From the NCBI GenBank assembly GCA_050251815.1, contig JBFWMB010000008.1, forward strand, positions 2,457-66,456: a stretch of DNA of 64,000 nucleotides, given 5' to 3'. Positions 39,129 to 48,833 of the stretch are shown piece after piece. A program made the position numbers and the translations under genes. This stretch comes from Salinivirgaceae bacterium. GTDB lineage: Bacteria > Bacteroidota > Bacteroidia > Bacteroidales > SZUA-534. The notes under the pieces were generated by a model. It ran no database searches and was not told where the DNA came from. It saw nothing but the letters and a program-made list of their open reading frames with translations. How positions within the stretch are numbered: the stretch's first letter is position 1; every line of letters begins with the position of its first letter.

Positions 39129-40574
39129 CTAAAGTTCTTTTCGCAAACGGGCTACCGGAATGTCGAGTTGTTCGCGGTACTTGGCTACCGTTCGCCGGGC
39201 TATCTGATACCCTTTATCCTGAAGAATTTTTGTTAAGCGTTCATCGGTAAGTGGTTTCTTTTTATCCTCGCCCGAAATGGCTTCCTCAAGAATACTCTTT
39301 ACTTCACGGGCGCTCACCTCTTCACCACTGGTGGTTTGCATGGCTTCAGAAAAGAACGATTTTAACGACAGTATACCAAAATCGGTTTGTATGTATTTAC
39401 TGTTGGCTACCCTCGAAATGGTTGAAATATCAAGTCCGGTAATATCGGCAATATCTTTAAGAATCATGGGTTTGAGTTTTTTCTCGTCCCCGTCCAGAAA
39501 ATATTCGTGCTGGTATTCCAGAATGGCCTCCATGGTAATGAGCAGGGTGGTTTGCCGCTGTCGAATGGCGTCGATAAACCAACGGGCCGAATCGAGTTTT
39601 TGCCTGACAAAAGTAATGGTCTCCTTATCCTGACGATTTTTCTTGGCCTTTTTTCGTGCCAGATTGTCCAACATATCAGCATAAGTACGGCTCACCTTCA
39701 AATCGGGCACGTTGCGTTCATATAGCGAAACTTCAAGGTTTCCATCCTGGTTTTCAAGTATAAAATCGGGAATAATGGGACGGCTACTTTGATCGCGTGG
39801 ATCGGAATAAGTCCCTCCGGGTTTGGGGTTTAAGCGCAGAATCTCGTCGAGCGCTGCTTTTAATTCCTCTTCAGTAATGTTTAGTTTAGCAATTATTTTG
39901 TCGTAATGTTTTCGGGTAAATTCCGTAAAGAATTCGTCAAGTATTTTTTCGGCTAAAACCAAGGCTTCGTTTTCCTGGTCGCGTTTCCTGATTTGAATCA
40001 GCAAACATTCTTGCAGGTTAGTAGCTCCAACACCTGGTGGATCGAAATCCTGAATTACTTCCAACACTTTTTTAAGTTGCTCCAAGCTGGTTTCCATATT
40101 CAGGGCAAAAGCTAAATCGTCGACAATAGCATCCAAATCACGACGCAGGTACCCATCGTCGTCAATGTTTCCAATTATGTACTCGGCTAGTTTTTTTTCA
40201 AAATCACTTAAAACACGTAGGCCCAACTGGGTTAACAGGTTCTCATGAAAAGTAGAACCCATGGAAAAGGGTATTTCTTTGCGTTCGTCGTCTTTTGAAT
40301 AATTGTTGGCCCGCAGTTTATAGGCAGGGGTATCGTCCTGATCGGCCAGGTAATCTTCCAGCGAAAATTCCTCCAGTTCTTTTTCTTCACCGACTCCTTC
40401 GTCGGCCTGATCGATGTCGTATTCAGCACCCTCTTCCAACGCCGGGTTTTCTTCCAGCTCTTTTTTAATGCGTTGATGCAACTGCATGGTAGGAATCTCA
40501 AGCAGCTTAATCATTTGTATCTGCTGTGGCGATAATTTTTGTAAAAGCTTTTGTTGTAACCTTTGTTTTAACAT
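39129..40574 (-). CDS. rpoN: RNA polymerase sigma-54 factor
   Basis: 481 aa. Gln-rich N-terminus LKQRLQQKLLQKLSPQQIQ and the C-terminal RpoN box ARRTVAKYREQL. Confidence 0.95.
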   Translation of the reverse strand: MLKQRLQQKLLQKLSPQQIQMIKLLEIPTMQLHQRIKKELEENPALEEGAEYDIDQADEGVGEEKELEEFSLEDYLADQDDTPAYKLRANNYSKDDERKEIPFSMGSTFHENLLTQLGLRVLSDFEKKLAEYIIGNIDDDGYLRRDLDAIVDDLAFALNMETSLEQLKKVLEVIQDFDPPGVGATNLQECLLIQIRKRDQENEALVLAEKILDEFFTEFTRKHYDKIIAKLNITEEELKAALDEILRLNPKPGGTYSDPRDQSSRPIIPDFILENQDGNLEVSLYERNVPDLKVSRTYADMLDNLARKKAKKNRQDKETITFVRQKLDSARWFIDAIRQRQTTLLITMEAILEYQHEYFLDGDEKKLKPMILKDIADITGLDISTISRVANSKYIQTDFGILSLKSFFSEAMQTTSGEEVSAREVKSILEEAISGEDKKKPLTDERLTKILQDKGYQIARRTVAKYREQLDIPVARLRKEL

Positions 40575-40689
40575 GCAATTAACTGCTAGTGGTTCGTTAA
40601 ATTTATTGGATGCAATTTAATGAAAAAATATGGTTTTCTTTCTTTAGCATCCTGCTTTTTGAAGCTTTGCAAACACTGCTAATAAAACG

Positions 40690-40720
40690 AAAAAAGACCT
40701 GCAATTGTTGCAGGTCTTTT
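40690..40720 (-). terminator. intrinsic terminator of asnS
   Basis: GACCTGCAA/TTGCAGGTC stem flanked by an A-run and a T-run, 27 nt downstream of the asnS stop. Confidence 0.7.
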
Positions 40721-40746
40721 GGTATTTTAAAACAGGCTTATTTTTA

Positions 40747-42195
40747 TTAGAATTCCGCATTCTTAGGTGTACGTGCAAAGGGAATCACGTCGCGGATGTT
40801 TCCCATGCCGGTTACAAAAAGCATCAGACGTTCAAAACCCAGCCCGTAACCACTGTGCGGAACGGTGCCAAACTTACGGGTTTCGAGGAACCACCACATG
40901 TCTTCTTCAGCAATTCCCATTTCGTCGATACGCACTTTAAGTTTCTCATAGCTTTCTTCGCGTTGCGAACCGCCAATAATTTCGCCAATGCCCGGGAATA
41001 AAACATCCATTGCCCGAACGGTTTTGTTATCGTCGTTTTGCTTCATGTAAAAAGCCTTGATTTCTTTGGGATAGTCGGTAAGAATCACGGGTTTTTTGTA
41101 ATGCTTCTCCACCAGGTACCGTTCATGTTCACTCTGTAAATCGATGCCCCATTTTACCGGATACTGGAATTGTCCCTTCTTATTGGGTTTCGAATCTTCC
41201 AAAACTTTTATGGCTTCCGTATAGCTTAAGCGCACGAATTCATTTTTGGTCACAAATTCCAGTTTATCAATCAAAGACAGTTCCGAGCGTTCGTTTTGGG
41301 GTTTTGATTTCTCTTCGTCGATCAAGCGGTTTTGCAGAAACTCCAAATCATCGCGACAATTGTCGAGGGCATACTGAATCAGGTATTTGAGCATTTCTTC
41401 GGCCAAATCCATGTTATCGTGAATGTCGTAAAAGGCCATTTCGGGTTCAATCATCCAGAATTCGGCCAGGTGACGCGAAGTGTTTGAATTCTCGGCACGA
41501 AAGGTAGGCCCAAAAGTATAAATCTCGCCCAGGGCCAGCGCAGCCAATTCTCCTTCCAGCTGCCCCGAAACGGTAAGGTTGGTCATTTTCCCAAAGAAAT
41601 CTTTGGAATAATCCACATCGCCGTCTTTGGTCTTGGGTAGTTTGTTTAAATCGAGGGTAGTAACCTGAAACATTTCGCCGGCACCTTCGGCATCGGATCC
41701 GGTAATGATGGGCGAATGCATGTAGTAAAACCCTTTATCGTTAAAGAATTTATGAATGGCATAGGCCATGGCATGCCGGATGCGGAACACAGCGCTAAAC
41801 GTATTGGTGCGGAACCGCAGGTGTGCTTTTTCGCGCAAAAATTCAAGGCTGTGTTTTTTGGGTTGTAAAGGATATTCGTCAGGGTTGGCCTCACCATAAA
41901 CCTCGATACTTTCGGCCACCAGCTCCACCTTTTGTCCCGAACCCTGACTCTCGGTAAGTGTTCCAATAATATTTAATGAAGCTCCGGTATGGATGCGATC
42001 CAATATGGAATCGGCAATGTTTTCGCGGTCGGCAACCACCTGAATGTTATGAATGGTCGATCCGTCGTTTAAGGCAATAAAAGCCACGTTCTTGCTTCCG
42101 CGTTTGGTCCGTACCCATCCTTTTACACAAACTTTACTGCCAAAATCGTCTGATTTAAGCACTACTGCAATTTTTGTTCTTCTTAATGATTCCAT
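40747..42195 (-). CDS. asnS: asparagine--tRNA ligase
   Basis: ORF trimmed to the ATG at 42195 ([11 protein letters not shown]). Class IIb motifs [21 protein letters not shown] and GYGLGFERL. Confidence 0.94.
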   Translation of the reverse strand: MESLRRTKIAVVLKSDDFGSKVCVKGWVRTKRGSKNVAFIALNDGSTIHNIQVVADRENIADSILDRIHTGASLNIIGTLTESQGSGQKVELVAESIEVYGEANPDEYPLQPKKHSLEFLREKAHLRFRTNTFSAVFRIRHAMAYAIHKFFNDKGFYYMHSPIITGSDAEGAGEMFQVTTLDLNKLPKTKDGDVDYSKDFFGKMTNLTVSGQLEGELAALALGEIYTFGPTFRAENSNTSRHLAEFWMIEPEMAFYDIHDNMDLAEEMLKYLIQYALDNCRDDLEFLQNRLIDEEKSKPQNERSELSLIDKLEFVTKNEFVRLSYTEAIKVLEDSKPNKKGQFQYPVKWGIDLQSEHERYLVEKHYKKPVILTDYPKEIKAFYMKQNDDNKTVRAMDVLFPGIGEIIGGSQREESYEKLKVRIDEMGIAEEDMWWFLETRKFGTVPHSGYGLGFERLMLFVTGMGNIRDVIPFARTPKNAEF

Positions 42196-42302
42196 AATTT
42201 TTTCCTGTTCAAAAATAAAGGGCAAAAATAATAATTACTTGCAAGTTGCAAGTTTTTGGCCGCCCAATTTATTGGTATGAAGTTTTTTTACCCTGTTTGC
42301 TT

Positions 42303-43778
42303 TTATTTTAGCTCCCACTCAAAGCCGTCTTTGGTGTCTTTTATTACCACACCCATTTGCGTAAGCTGGTTGCGAATGCTGTCGGCAGTAGCCCAATCCT
42401 TATTATTTTTGGCTTCGATGCGCAAATTCAACAACATTTCGATAAGCTGTCCGCTTAAATCGGTATTTGCAGAACCCGATTGTTCTCCGGGCAACAGTCC
42501 CAGTATATCCACAACAAAATCGTGGTACAACTTGCGGAGTAATTCCAGACCTTCAGTATCGATGGTTTCGTTTCCGGCCAGCAGGCTGTTGGTAATTTTC
42601 ACCGCTTCAAAAAGTTGAGCCAGCAAAACGGGACTGTTCAGGTCGTCGTTCAGGGCCTGGTAACATTTGTCACGTAAAGCAGCCATATCCACTGTACTTT
42701 GGCCAGAGGCAGTAATTTTTTGCGTGGCTTCCATTCCCTTCATCAGCCGGTCGAGTCCTTTTTCGGCAGCCAGCAAGGCCTCGTTCGAAAAATCGACAGT
42801 CCCCCGATAATGGGCCATCAGAATAAAGAATCGGATGGTCATGGGACTATAGGCTTTTTCGAGCAGCGGGTGCGAACCGGTAAACAGTTCGTTCAGGGTA
42901 ATGAAATTTCCCAGCGACTTGCCCATCTTTTGTCCGTTAATGGTAATCATGTTGTTATGCATCCAGTAGCGGGCCGCATCGTGACCGTGTGCTGCTGTGG
43001 ATTGGGCAATCTCGGCTTCGTGATGCGGAAAAACCAAATCCATGCCCCCGCCGTGAATGTCGAAGGTCTTGCCCAGGTAACGGGTACTCATGGCCGAGCA
43101 TTCCATGTGCCATCCGGGAAAACCGTCGCTCCATTCGCTGGGCCAGCGCATAATATGTTCGGGGGCGGCTTTTTTCCACAGGGCAAAGTCGGCACTATTT
43201 CGCTTTTCACTTTGTCCGTCTAGCGTACGGGTATTTTCGTAAAGTTCTTCAAGTTTGCGTCCCGAGAGTTTTCCGTAGGGGTGCTTTTCGTTGTATTTAA
43301 ACACATCGAAATAAACCGAGCCATTAACTTCGTAAGCAAAACCCTGGTCAAGAATCTCCCGAATCATTTGTTGCTGCTCAATAATGTGGCCCGTTGCCCG
43401 TGGCTCAATGGAAGGCGATTTCACGTTCAGCGCCCGCATGTTGTCGTGGTAACTTTCGGTGTATCGATGCACGATTTCCATGGGTTCCACCTGTTCGATC
43501 CGGGCTTTGCGGGCAATTTTATCTTCGCCTTCGCCAGCTTCTTCGTCAGACAGGTGGCCCACATCGGTAATATTTCGCACATAGCGCACCTTATAGCCCA
43601 GGTGCTCAAAATAGCGGGTCAGCAAATCGAAGGTTACCGCCGGACGTGCGTGCCCCAGGTGGGCTTCGCCATAAACGGTGGGCCCACAAACGTATAGCCC
43701 CAGGTGACCGGGGTGTAAGGGAATAAATTCTTCTTTTTTGCGCGTTAGCGTATTATAAATGAAAACTTTGTGTTGCAT
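42303..43778 (-). CDS. cysS: cysteine--tRNA ligase
   Basis: 491 aa. [16 protein letters not shown] (HIGH motif) and KMGKSLGN (KMSKS motif). Confidence 0.96.
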   Translation of the reverse strand: MQHKVFIYNTLTRKKEEFIPLHPGHLGLYVCGPTVYGEAHLGHARPAVTFDLLTRYFEHLGYKVRYVRNITDVGHLSDEEAGEGEDKIARKARIEQVEPMEIVHRYTESYHDNMRALNVKSPSIEPRATGHIIEQQQMIREILDQGFAYEVNGSVYFDVFKYNEKHPYGKLSGRKLEELYENTRTLDGQSEKRNSADFALWKKAAPEHIMRWPSEWSDGFPGWHMECSAMSTRYLGKTFDIHGGGMDLVFPHHEAEIAQSTAAHGHDAARYWMHNNMITINGQKMGKSLGNFITLNELFTGSHPLLEKAYSPMTIRFFILMAHYRGTVDFSNEALLAAEKGLDRLMKGMEATQKITASGQSTVDMAALRDKCYQALNDDLNSPVLLAQLFEAVKITNSLLAGNETIDTEGLELLRKLYHDFVVDILGLLPGEQSGSANTDLSGQLIEMLLNLRIEAKNNKDWATADSIRNQLTQMGVVIKDTKDGFEWELK

Positions 43779-43956
43779 TGTATATTCTGGTTTTGTAGCT
43801 GCAAAGCTAAAAATTATTATTTAAAAGCAGGCTATAGTGTGGGTAAGGTTTGAAGAATGTCTTGCTTTAAGCTAAGATGGAAATGGTAAACGCCTAAATT
43901 TTCTGTTCTTGAGTTTTTGTATGACTAAAGGAAATTGCATTTTGAAATCAGCAGAA

Positions 43957-44799
43957 TTACTCCTCAACCGACTCAATCACTTTGCCGTCTTTATAAATCA
44001 GCGTGCGGATGAGTTCGCCCTGATCGTTATACAGGTAGCGCTTGCCGTTTATGAACTTGCCTTTGACAAAGTCGCCTTCGCGATCAACCTTTTTAAACTC
44101 GTTGTAGGTAACGTAATAGCCGGTTTGGGTAAAAAAATCGAGTTCCTTACCCGATGTTTTATCATTGGTAACCGGCTGGAGTTTGGGTGCGGTCTGTTTT
44201 TTTGCTGGTTTTTCGGCAATCTCAAATTCTTTAATAGAAGCTACTTCAATTTTACCATCGGTAAAATTCATTTCAGCTTTGATGCTGCCATCGGGGTGGT
44301 ATTCGGTAAGGATGCCCTGCTTTTTTCCATCGGTCCAGTCGCCTTTAATCATTAGCGAGCCGTCGCTGTAGTAATAACGCTGTTCGCCGGTACGTTGGCC
44401 GGTTTCGTTGTAGCTCCAGTCGTAGGCCAGACTTCCGTTCTCGTGGTAGTATTTGTATTCGCCCACCCACTTGTTTATTTTCCAGATTCCCTGTTCCGAA
44501 ACCTTGCCGTCGGGATAATAGAATTTGGCGGGACCATCGGGGCGGTTGTTTTTATAGGTAATTTCGTGTTTGAGTTTGCCCGAAGGATAGTAGCCATACC
44601 ACAGACCTTCTTTTTTATTATTGGTGTATTGCCCCTTTTCCTCAAGTACCCCGGCTGCGCTCAGGCTAACCCACAAGCCCTGCTTCTGGTTGTTGACATC
44701 GCGCTGATTTACGGTTTCGCCCTGATACGTTTCAGCGTGTTGCCCGAATCCGGCAAACGAAAACAATAAAAACCCTATTGCAAGCAGGTACTTCACCAT
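43957..44799 (-). CDS. secreted MORN-variant repeat protein (YwqK-like)
   Basis: 280 aa with a signal peptide and repeated G.w..Yy.nG.l motifs (GLWYGYYPSGKL, KFYYPDGKV, YKYYHENGSL, RYYYSDGSL, TEYHPDGSI). Confidence 0.7.
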   Translation of the reverse strand: MVKYLLAIGFLLFSFAGFGQHAETYQGETVNQRDVNNQKQGLWVSLSAAGVLEEKGQYTNNKKEGLWYGYYPSGKLKHEITYKNNRPDGPAKFYYPDGKVSEQGIWKINKWVGEYKYYHENGSLAYDWSYNETGQRTGEQRYYYSDGSLMIKGDWTDGKKQGILTEYHPDGSIKAEMNFTDGKIEVASIKEFEIAEKPAKKQTAPKLQPVTNDKTSGKELDFFTQTGYYVTYNEFKKVDREGDFVKGKFINGKRYLYNDQGELIRTLIYKDGKVIESVEE

Positions 44800-44940
44800 T
44801 GGGGATATTTTTTATCAAAAATAACATTTTTAGCCAGTTATTGAAAAATTAATTTTTCGAATCATCTATTCTTAAAAACAAGAATAGGAATTAAACAAAA
44901 ACTCTTTTTGATGAAAAACATTGGAACCGTTATTTTGAGT

Positions 44941-45557
44941 TTTCGCAATAGATATATGCCCCTGCGTCCTACATCGCAGCTACAATAATTTTGCAGGGCC
45001 CAAGCCGGAACCCGGTTAAGCGGCGGCCTTATATTTTGGCTTAAACAAAGCGACGGTCAGGTTCCTGCACTTTGTAGGAACTCGACTGGAGCCTCGGTTA
45101 GGTAGCTGCAAATTGCAGGAGCTCAACCGGAGTTGCGGTCAAGTCGCTGCAAATTGCAGGAGAACAAACGGAGTTGCGGTCATGCTCCTACAAAAATGCA
45201 GGAGACCAAACGGAGTTGCGATCATGCTCCTGCAAAATGCAGGAGGTTAACCGGAGTCACGGTCATGCTGCTGCATTTTGCAGGAGCTCAATCGGAGTCT
45301 CGGTTAACCTGCTGCAAGTTGAAAAGGCAAAATCTTAGTCGCGGATTTACTGAAACAAGTTGTAAAAGTAAAATCGGTGGCTCAGATTGACCCAAACATC
45401 ATGTAATTAAACAATCGGAGACTCAGATAAGCTGCTGCAAGGTAGTAAAGCTAAATCGGCGTCACGGATTTATCGAAACAAGTTGTAAGAGTTCAATCGG
45501 AGTCACAGATTTGCTGCTGCAAAAGGTATTGAACCCAAATTACTCCGGGATTAACTT
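44941..45557. repeat. degenerate tandem array of about 15 units of 41 bp, each with a CTGCA-N3-TGCAG hairpin core
   Basis: TGCAGGA or its decayed forms begin at 45073, 45114, 45155, 45197, 45238, 45279, 45320, 45361, 45402, 45443 and 45484, in steps of 41 bp with one of 42. The best unit, 45227-45245, forms CTCCTGCA-AAA-TGCAGGAG (8-bp stem). Confidence 0.88.
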
Positions 45558-45808
45558 TTCAGCTTTGTTAAAATGCTATGGGCTTTCGAACCAAGTGAAA
45601 AATCTTGCCCGCATCTTACTTATATTGTCGTTTAAACCAACTAATAGTTAAAATGCGTATTGCAACTTCTTTTTATAGTGTATCGCCGGATAGGAAAACC
45701 ACACGGGGAGCTGGTAAGCGAGTCTTTCAATTGGTTGAAATAACCGGGTCAAAAATCACAAATTGAAACTTTTTTTGCTGTTTTGTTTTGATTTAACACT
45801 TTTGCCTG

Positions 45809-45816
45809 TATATTTG
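45809..45816 (+). promoter_or_regulatory. candidate -7 promoter element (TAnnTTTG) for the SAM riboswitch and met operon
   Basis: TATATTTG lies about 32 nt upstream of the riboswitch P1 stem, with TTTG-rich sequence further upstream. Confidence 0.5.
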
Positions 45817-45847
45817 TAGCTCAATTATCGATCTTTTTACGGTTGAT

Positions 45848-45959
45848 GTTATACAGAAGAGCAGAGAGATTAGGCTCGCAGAAGCTCTAGCAACCTTCCC
45901 CCCGAAAGGAAAGGTGCTAATACCTAACCTGCCGGATATTCCGGTTGGGAAATTATAAC
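45848..45959 (+). promoter_or_regulatory. SAM-I clan (S-box) riboswitch aptamer
   Basis: P1 GTTATA...TTATAAC encloses AGAAGAGCAGAGAGATTAGGCTCGCAGAAGCTCTAGCAACC...GGTGCTAATACC. The conserved words AGAG, GCAACC and GGUGCUAA are in the order of the SAM-I consensus. It lies upstream of methionine biosynthesis genes. Confidence 0.8.
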
Positions 45960-45970
45960 GAAACAGACAG

Positions 45971-46087
45971 ATGAAAACATTCGCAACTCAAAAATCAGGA
46001 AACCTTTACCAGCAGCAAAAAGCCTTTGCTTTGTGTTCGGTAGTTTCGTACCACCTGGCCTTTTCAAAAGCCTGCATGCACCTGTAG
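45971..46087 (+). CDS. candidate 38-codon leader ORF (MKTFATQKSGNLYQQQKAFALCSVVSYHLAFSKACMHL)
   Basis: The ATG lies 11 nt after the riboswitch P1 3' strand, behind an A-rich tract. The ORF ends Cys-Met-His-Leu-stop inside a terminator-like hairpin. Below the length cut-off of the ORF track. Confidence 0.25.
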   Translation: MKTFATQKSGNLYQQQKAFALCSVVSYHLAFSKACMHL

Positions 46088-46101
46088 GTGCTCTTTTATT
46101 T
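46078..46101 (+). terminator. weak intrinsic terminator-like hairpin between the riboswitch and metY
   Basis: GCACC-TGTA-GGTGC followed by TCTTTTATTT. Confidence 0.4.
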
Positions 46102-46227
46102 ACCCCTAAAAGCTATTTATAGCCGCAACGCTTTGGGTTCAAGGAACCGAAAACCGTTTGCACACCAATATTTGGTTTAGCCCCAGTGGCTATACCTGAA
46201 CTCATACAAACTTTTAATTTATTTATC

Positions 46228-47511
46228 ATGACAACAAAAAACACCCATATAGCCACCCGCGCGGTTCAGAGTGGTTACGAACCTAAAAATGCCGAACCCC
46301 GCGTAGCCGGAATTATTCAAAGCACCACCTATAAGTTTGACACCGCCGAGCAAATTGCCGACGTGTTCGACTTAAAAGATACCGCTCACATTTATTCGCG
46401 CATCAGCAACCCCACAGTAAGCCAGCTCGAAGAAAAAATTACCGCGCTCGAGGGCGGAACCGGGGCCCTGGCGCTGGCATCGGGACATGCCGCCGTATCG
46501 CTGGCCATTCTGAACCTGTGTAGTGCCGGCCATCATTTTGTAGCGGCCAAATCGCTTTACGGCGGAACCATCAACTTGTTTTCGAACACGCTGAAGCGCT
46601 ACGGCATTAGCTGTACTTTTGTCGATCAGGATGCCCCGCTGAGTGAATTGCAAAAGGCCATTCAGGACAACACCCGTTTAATTTTTGCCGAAAGCCTGAC
46701 CAATCCGGGAATGGAAGTGCTCGATTTTGAAAAATTCAGTCACCTGGCAAAAAACAATCAACTGCCGCTGATTATCGACAACACATTCCCCACACCGGTG
46801 CTTTGCCAGCCTTTTGAACACGGAGCCCATATTGTTATTCACAGCACTACTAAGTTCATCGACGGGCATGCCACCAGCGTGGGCGGAGTAATTGTTGATG
46901 GTGGAAACTTTAACTGGGACAATGGAAAATTCCCCGAGTTTACCACCCCCGACGAGAGTTATCATGGTGTACGCTATGCCTTCGATTTTAAGGACATCCC
47001 TTTTGTGGTGAAAGCCCGCACCCAGTTGCTGCGCGACTTTGGTCCCTGCCTTTCGCCGTTTAATGCCTTTCTTACGTATCACGGGTGCCAGACCCTGGCC
47101 CTGCGTATGGAACGCCATAGCAGCAACACCCTGCAACTGGCCCAATGGCTCGAAAAACAAAAAGAAGTGGATTGGGTACGCTTTCCCGATTTGAAATCGA
47201 GCCCTTATCATAAACTGGCTAAACGCTACCTGCCCGGAGGTTCCAGCGGGGTACTCGCTTTTGGTTTCAAAGGCGGTTTTGAGGAAACCAAACAGCTTAT
47301 CAATCGCTTAAAACTGGCCAAACTGGTGGTTCATGTGGGCGACATCCGCACCAGCGTGGTTCACCCGGCCAGCATGACACACCGCCAATTAAGCGAAGAC
47401 CAACTGCTCGACATTAAGATTACCCCCAACCTGATTCGCGTATCGGTGGGTATTGAACACATTGACGATATAATTGCTGATTTTAAACAAGCCTTTTCAA
47501 TTAACAATTAG
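46228..47511 (+). CDS. metY: O-acetylhomoserine aminocarboxypropyltransferase (sulfhydrylase)
   Basis: ORF trimmed to the ATG at 46228 (MTTKNTHIATRAVQSGY). YSRISNPT and HSTTKFIDGH (PLP lysine) fit the Cys/Met-metabolism PLP family, MetY type. Confidence 0.92.
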   Translation: MTTKNTHIATRAVQSGYEPKNAEPRVAGIIQSTTYKFDTAEQIADVFDLKDTAHIYSRISNPTVSQLEEKITALEGGTGALALASGHAAVSLAILNLCSAGHHFVAAKSLYGGTINLFSNTLKRYGISCTFVDQDAPLSELQKAIQDNTRLIFAESLTNPGMEVLDFEKFSHLAKNNQLPLIIDNTFPTPVLCQPFEHGAHIVIHSTTKFIDGHATSVGGVIVDGGNFNWDNGKFPEFTTPDESYHGVRYAFDFKDIPFVVKARTQLLRDFGPCLSPFNAFLTYHGCQTLALRMERHSSNTLQLAQWLEKQKEVDWVRFPDLKSSPYHKLAKRYLPGGSSGVLAFGFKGGFEETKQLINRLKLAKLVVHVGDIRTSVVHPASMTHRQLSEDQLLDIKITPNLIRVSVGIEHIDDIIADFKQAFSINN

Positions 47512-47632
47512 CAATGAGTAATGAACAATAGTCTTCAGTGGTCAGTTTGCAGTTTGCAGCCAACAGTTGAAACAGACAAACGAAAGCGGTGCAAGCAGTT
47601 ACCTGTAATGGAAAGCTAGAACATTATACACC

Positions 47633-47665
47633 GCAAAAGGCGGCAGGCTGCAAAAGGCGGCAGGC
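47633..47665. repeat. perfect 16-nt direct repeat with 17-bp period, in the metY-metX spacer
   Basis: GCAAAAGGCGGCAGGC occurs at 47633-47648 and 47650-47665. A CAGTTTG x2.4 repeat lies nearby at 47543-47559. Confidence 0.8.
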
Positions 47666-47731
47666 CACAAATTGCCCGTCGTTTACAACGGACATTTAAT
47701 CATTCGAATTCATTCTTAAGAAACAAAAAAC

Positions 47732-48811
47732 ATGGAAGCAACAGATACCGAGTGTTTGATAAAGTCAGAATTTCTCTCGCACGACGGAGGGAAAAATGTA
47801 AAATACCTGAAACACACGCAGGAATTTAAACTGGAAAACGGAGCGGTTTTGCCGGAAGTGGAAATTGCGTACACCACCTACGGCACACTTAATCGTGAAC
47901 AAAACAATGTGGTGTGGATGTGCCATGCTTTTACGGCAAATGCCGATCCAGTGGATTGGTGGCCGGGAATGGTGGGCCCGGGGCATTTTTTTGATCCCGA
48001 ACACTATTTTATTGTGTGTGCCAATATTCTGGGTTCCTGTTACGGAAGCACCGGTCCATTATCACTTAACCCGCTAACCGGAACGCCTTACTATCTCGAT
48101 TTTCCGCAGGTCACTGTGCGCGATCAGGTGAAAGCTCACGAAATATTGTGCGAACACCTGGGCATCGATAAAATTCATCTGGTGCTGGGTTGTTCCATTG
48201 GAGGACATCAGGCCCTGGAGTGGACCATTTCAAATCCCGATTTGTTCGAACATGCCATTTATGTAGCCACCAACGCCATAAACACGCCCTGGGTAACAGC
48301 CTTTAACGAAAGTCAGCGCCTGGCCATTGAGGCTGACCCTACATTTTTTGAGAAACGTCCCGATGGCGGAGCCCGGGGAATGAAAGCGGCGCGAAGCATA
48401 GCACTTATCAGCTATCGTAACCCGAATGCCTACAATAAAACCCAGGCCGAAGACGACCCGGAAAAAACCGACGGATACCGGGCCAGCTCATACCAGGCTT
48501 ATCAGGGCGACAAACTGGTAAAGCGCTTTAACGCCTATTCGTATTATTACTTAAGCAAGGCACTCGATTCGCACAACGTAGGTCGCGCTCGCGGTGGATA
48601 CAAAGCAGCTTTAAGTAGAATTACCGCTAAAACGCTGGTGATATCCATCGATACCGACCTCTTGTTTTCGCCCGACGATCAGCAACTGATACACCAGAAC
48701 ATTCCGGGAAGTCGGCTCGAAGTGCTCGAATCGTTTTACGGCCATGATGGTTTTCTGCTGGAATTTGAGAAACAAAACCGGATATATGCCGATTTTTTAA
48801 ACGCAGATTAA
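47732..48811 (+). CDS. metX: homoserine O-acetyltransferase
   Basis: 359 aa. Alpha/beta-hydrolase nucleophile elbow GCSIGG, CHAFTANA and C-terminal GHDGFLLE are typical of MetX. Confidence 0.92.
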   Translation: MEATDTECLIKSEFLSHDGGKNVKYLKHTQEFKLENGAVLPEVEIAYTTYGTLNREQNNVVWMCHAFTANADPVDWWPGMVGPGHFFDPEHYFIVCANILGSCYGSTGPLSLNPLTGTPYYLDFPQVTVRDQVKAHEILCEHLGIDKIHLVLGCSIGGHQALEWTISNPDLFEHAIYVATNAINTPWVTAFNESQRLAIEADPTFFEKRPDGGARGMKAARSIALISYRNPNAYNKTQAEDDPEKTDGYRASSYQAYQGDKLVKRFNAYSYYYLSKALDSHNVGRARGGYKAALSRITAKTLVISIDTDLLFSPDDQQLIHQNIPGSRLEVLESFYGHDGFLLEFEKQNRIYADFLNAD

Positions 48812-48833
48812 ATTCAAAAACACGAAGAACAAC

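Noticed and set aside
45133-45390. 85-aa ORF (+) inside the 41-bp array
   Set aside because: It is a repetitive translation of the array units (CKLQE.../KMQETKRSC...). It covers only the best-conserved units and has no independent coding signal.
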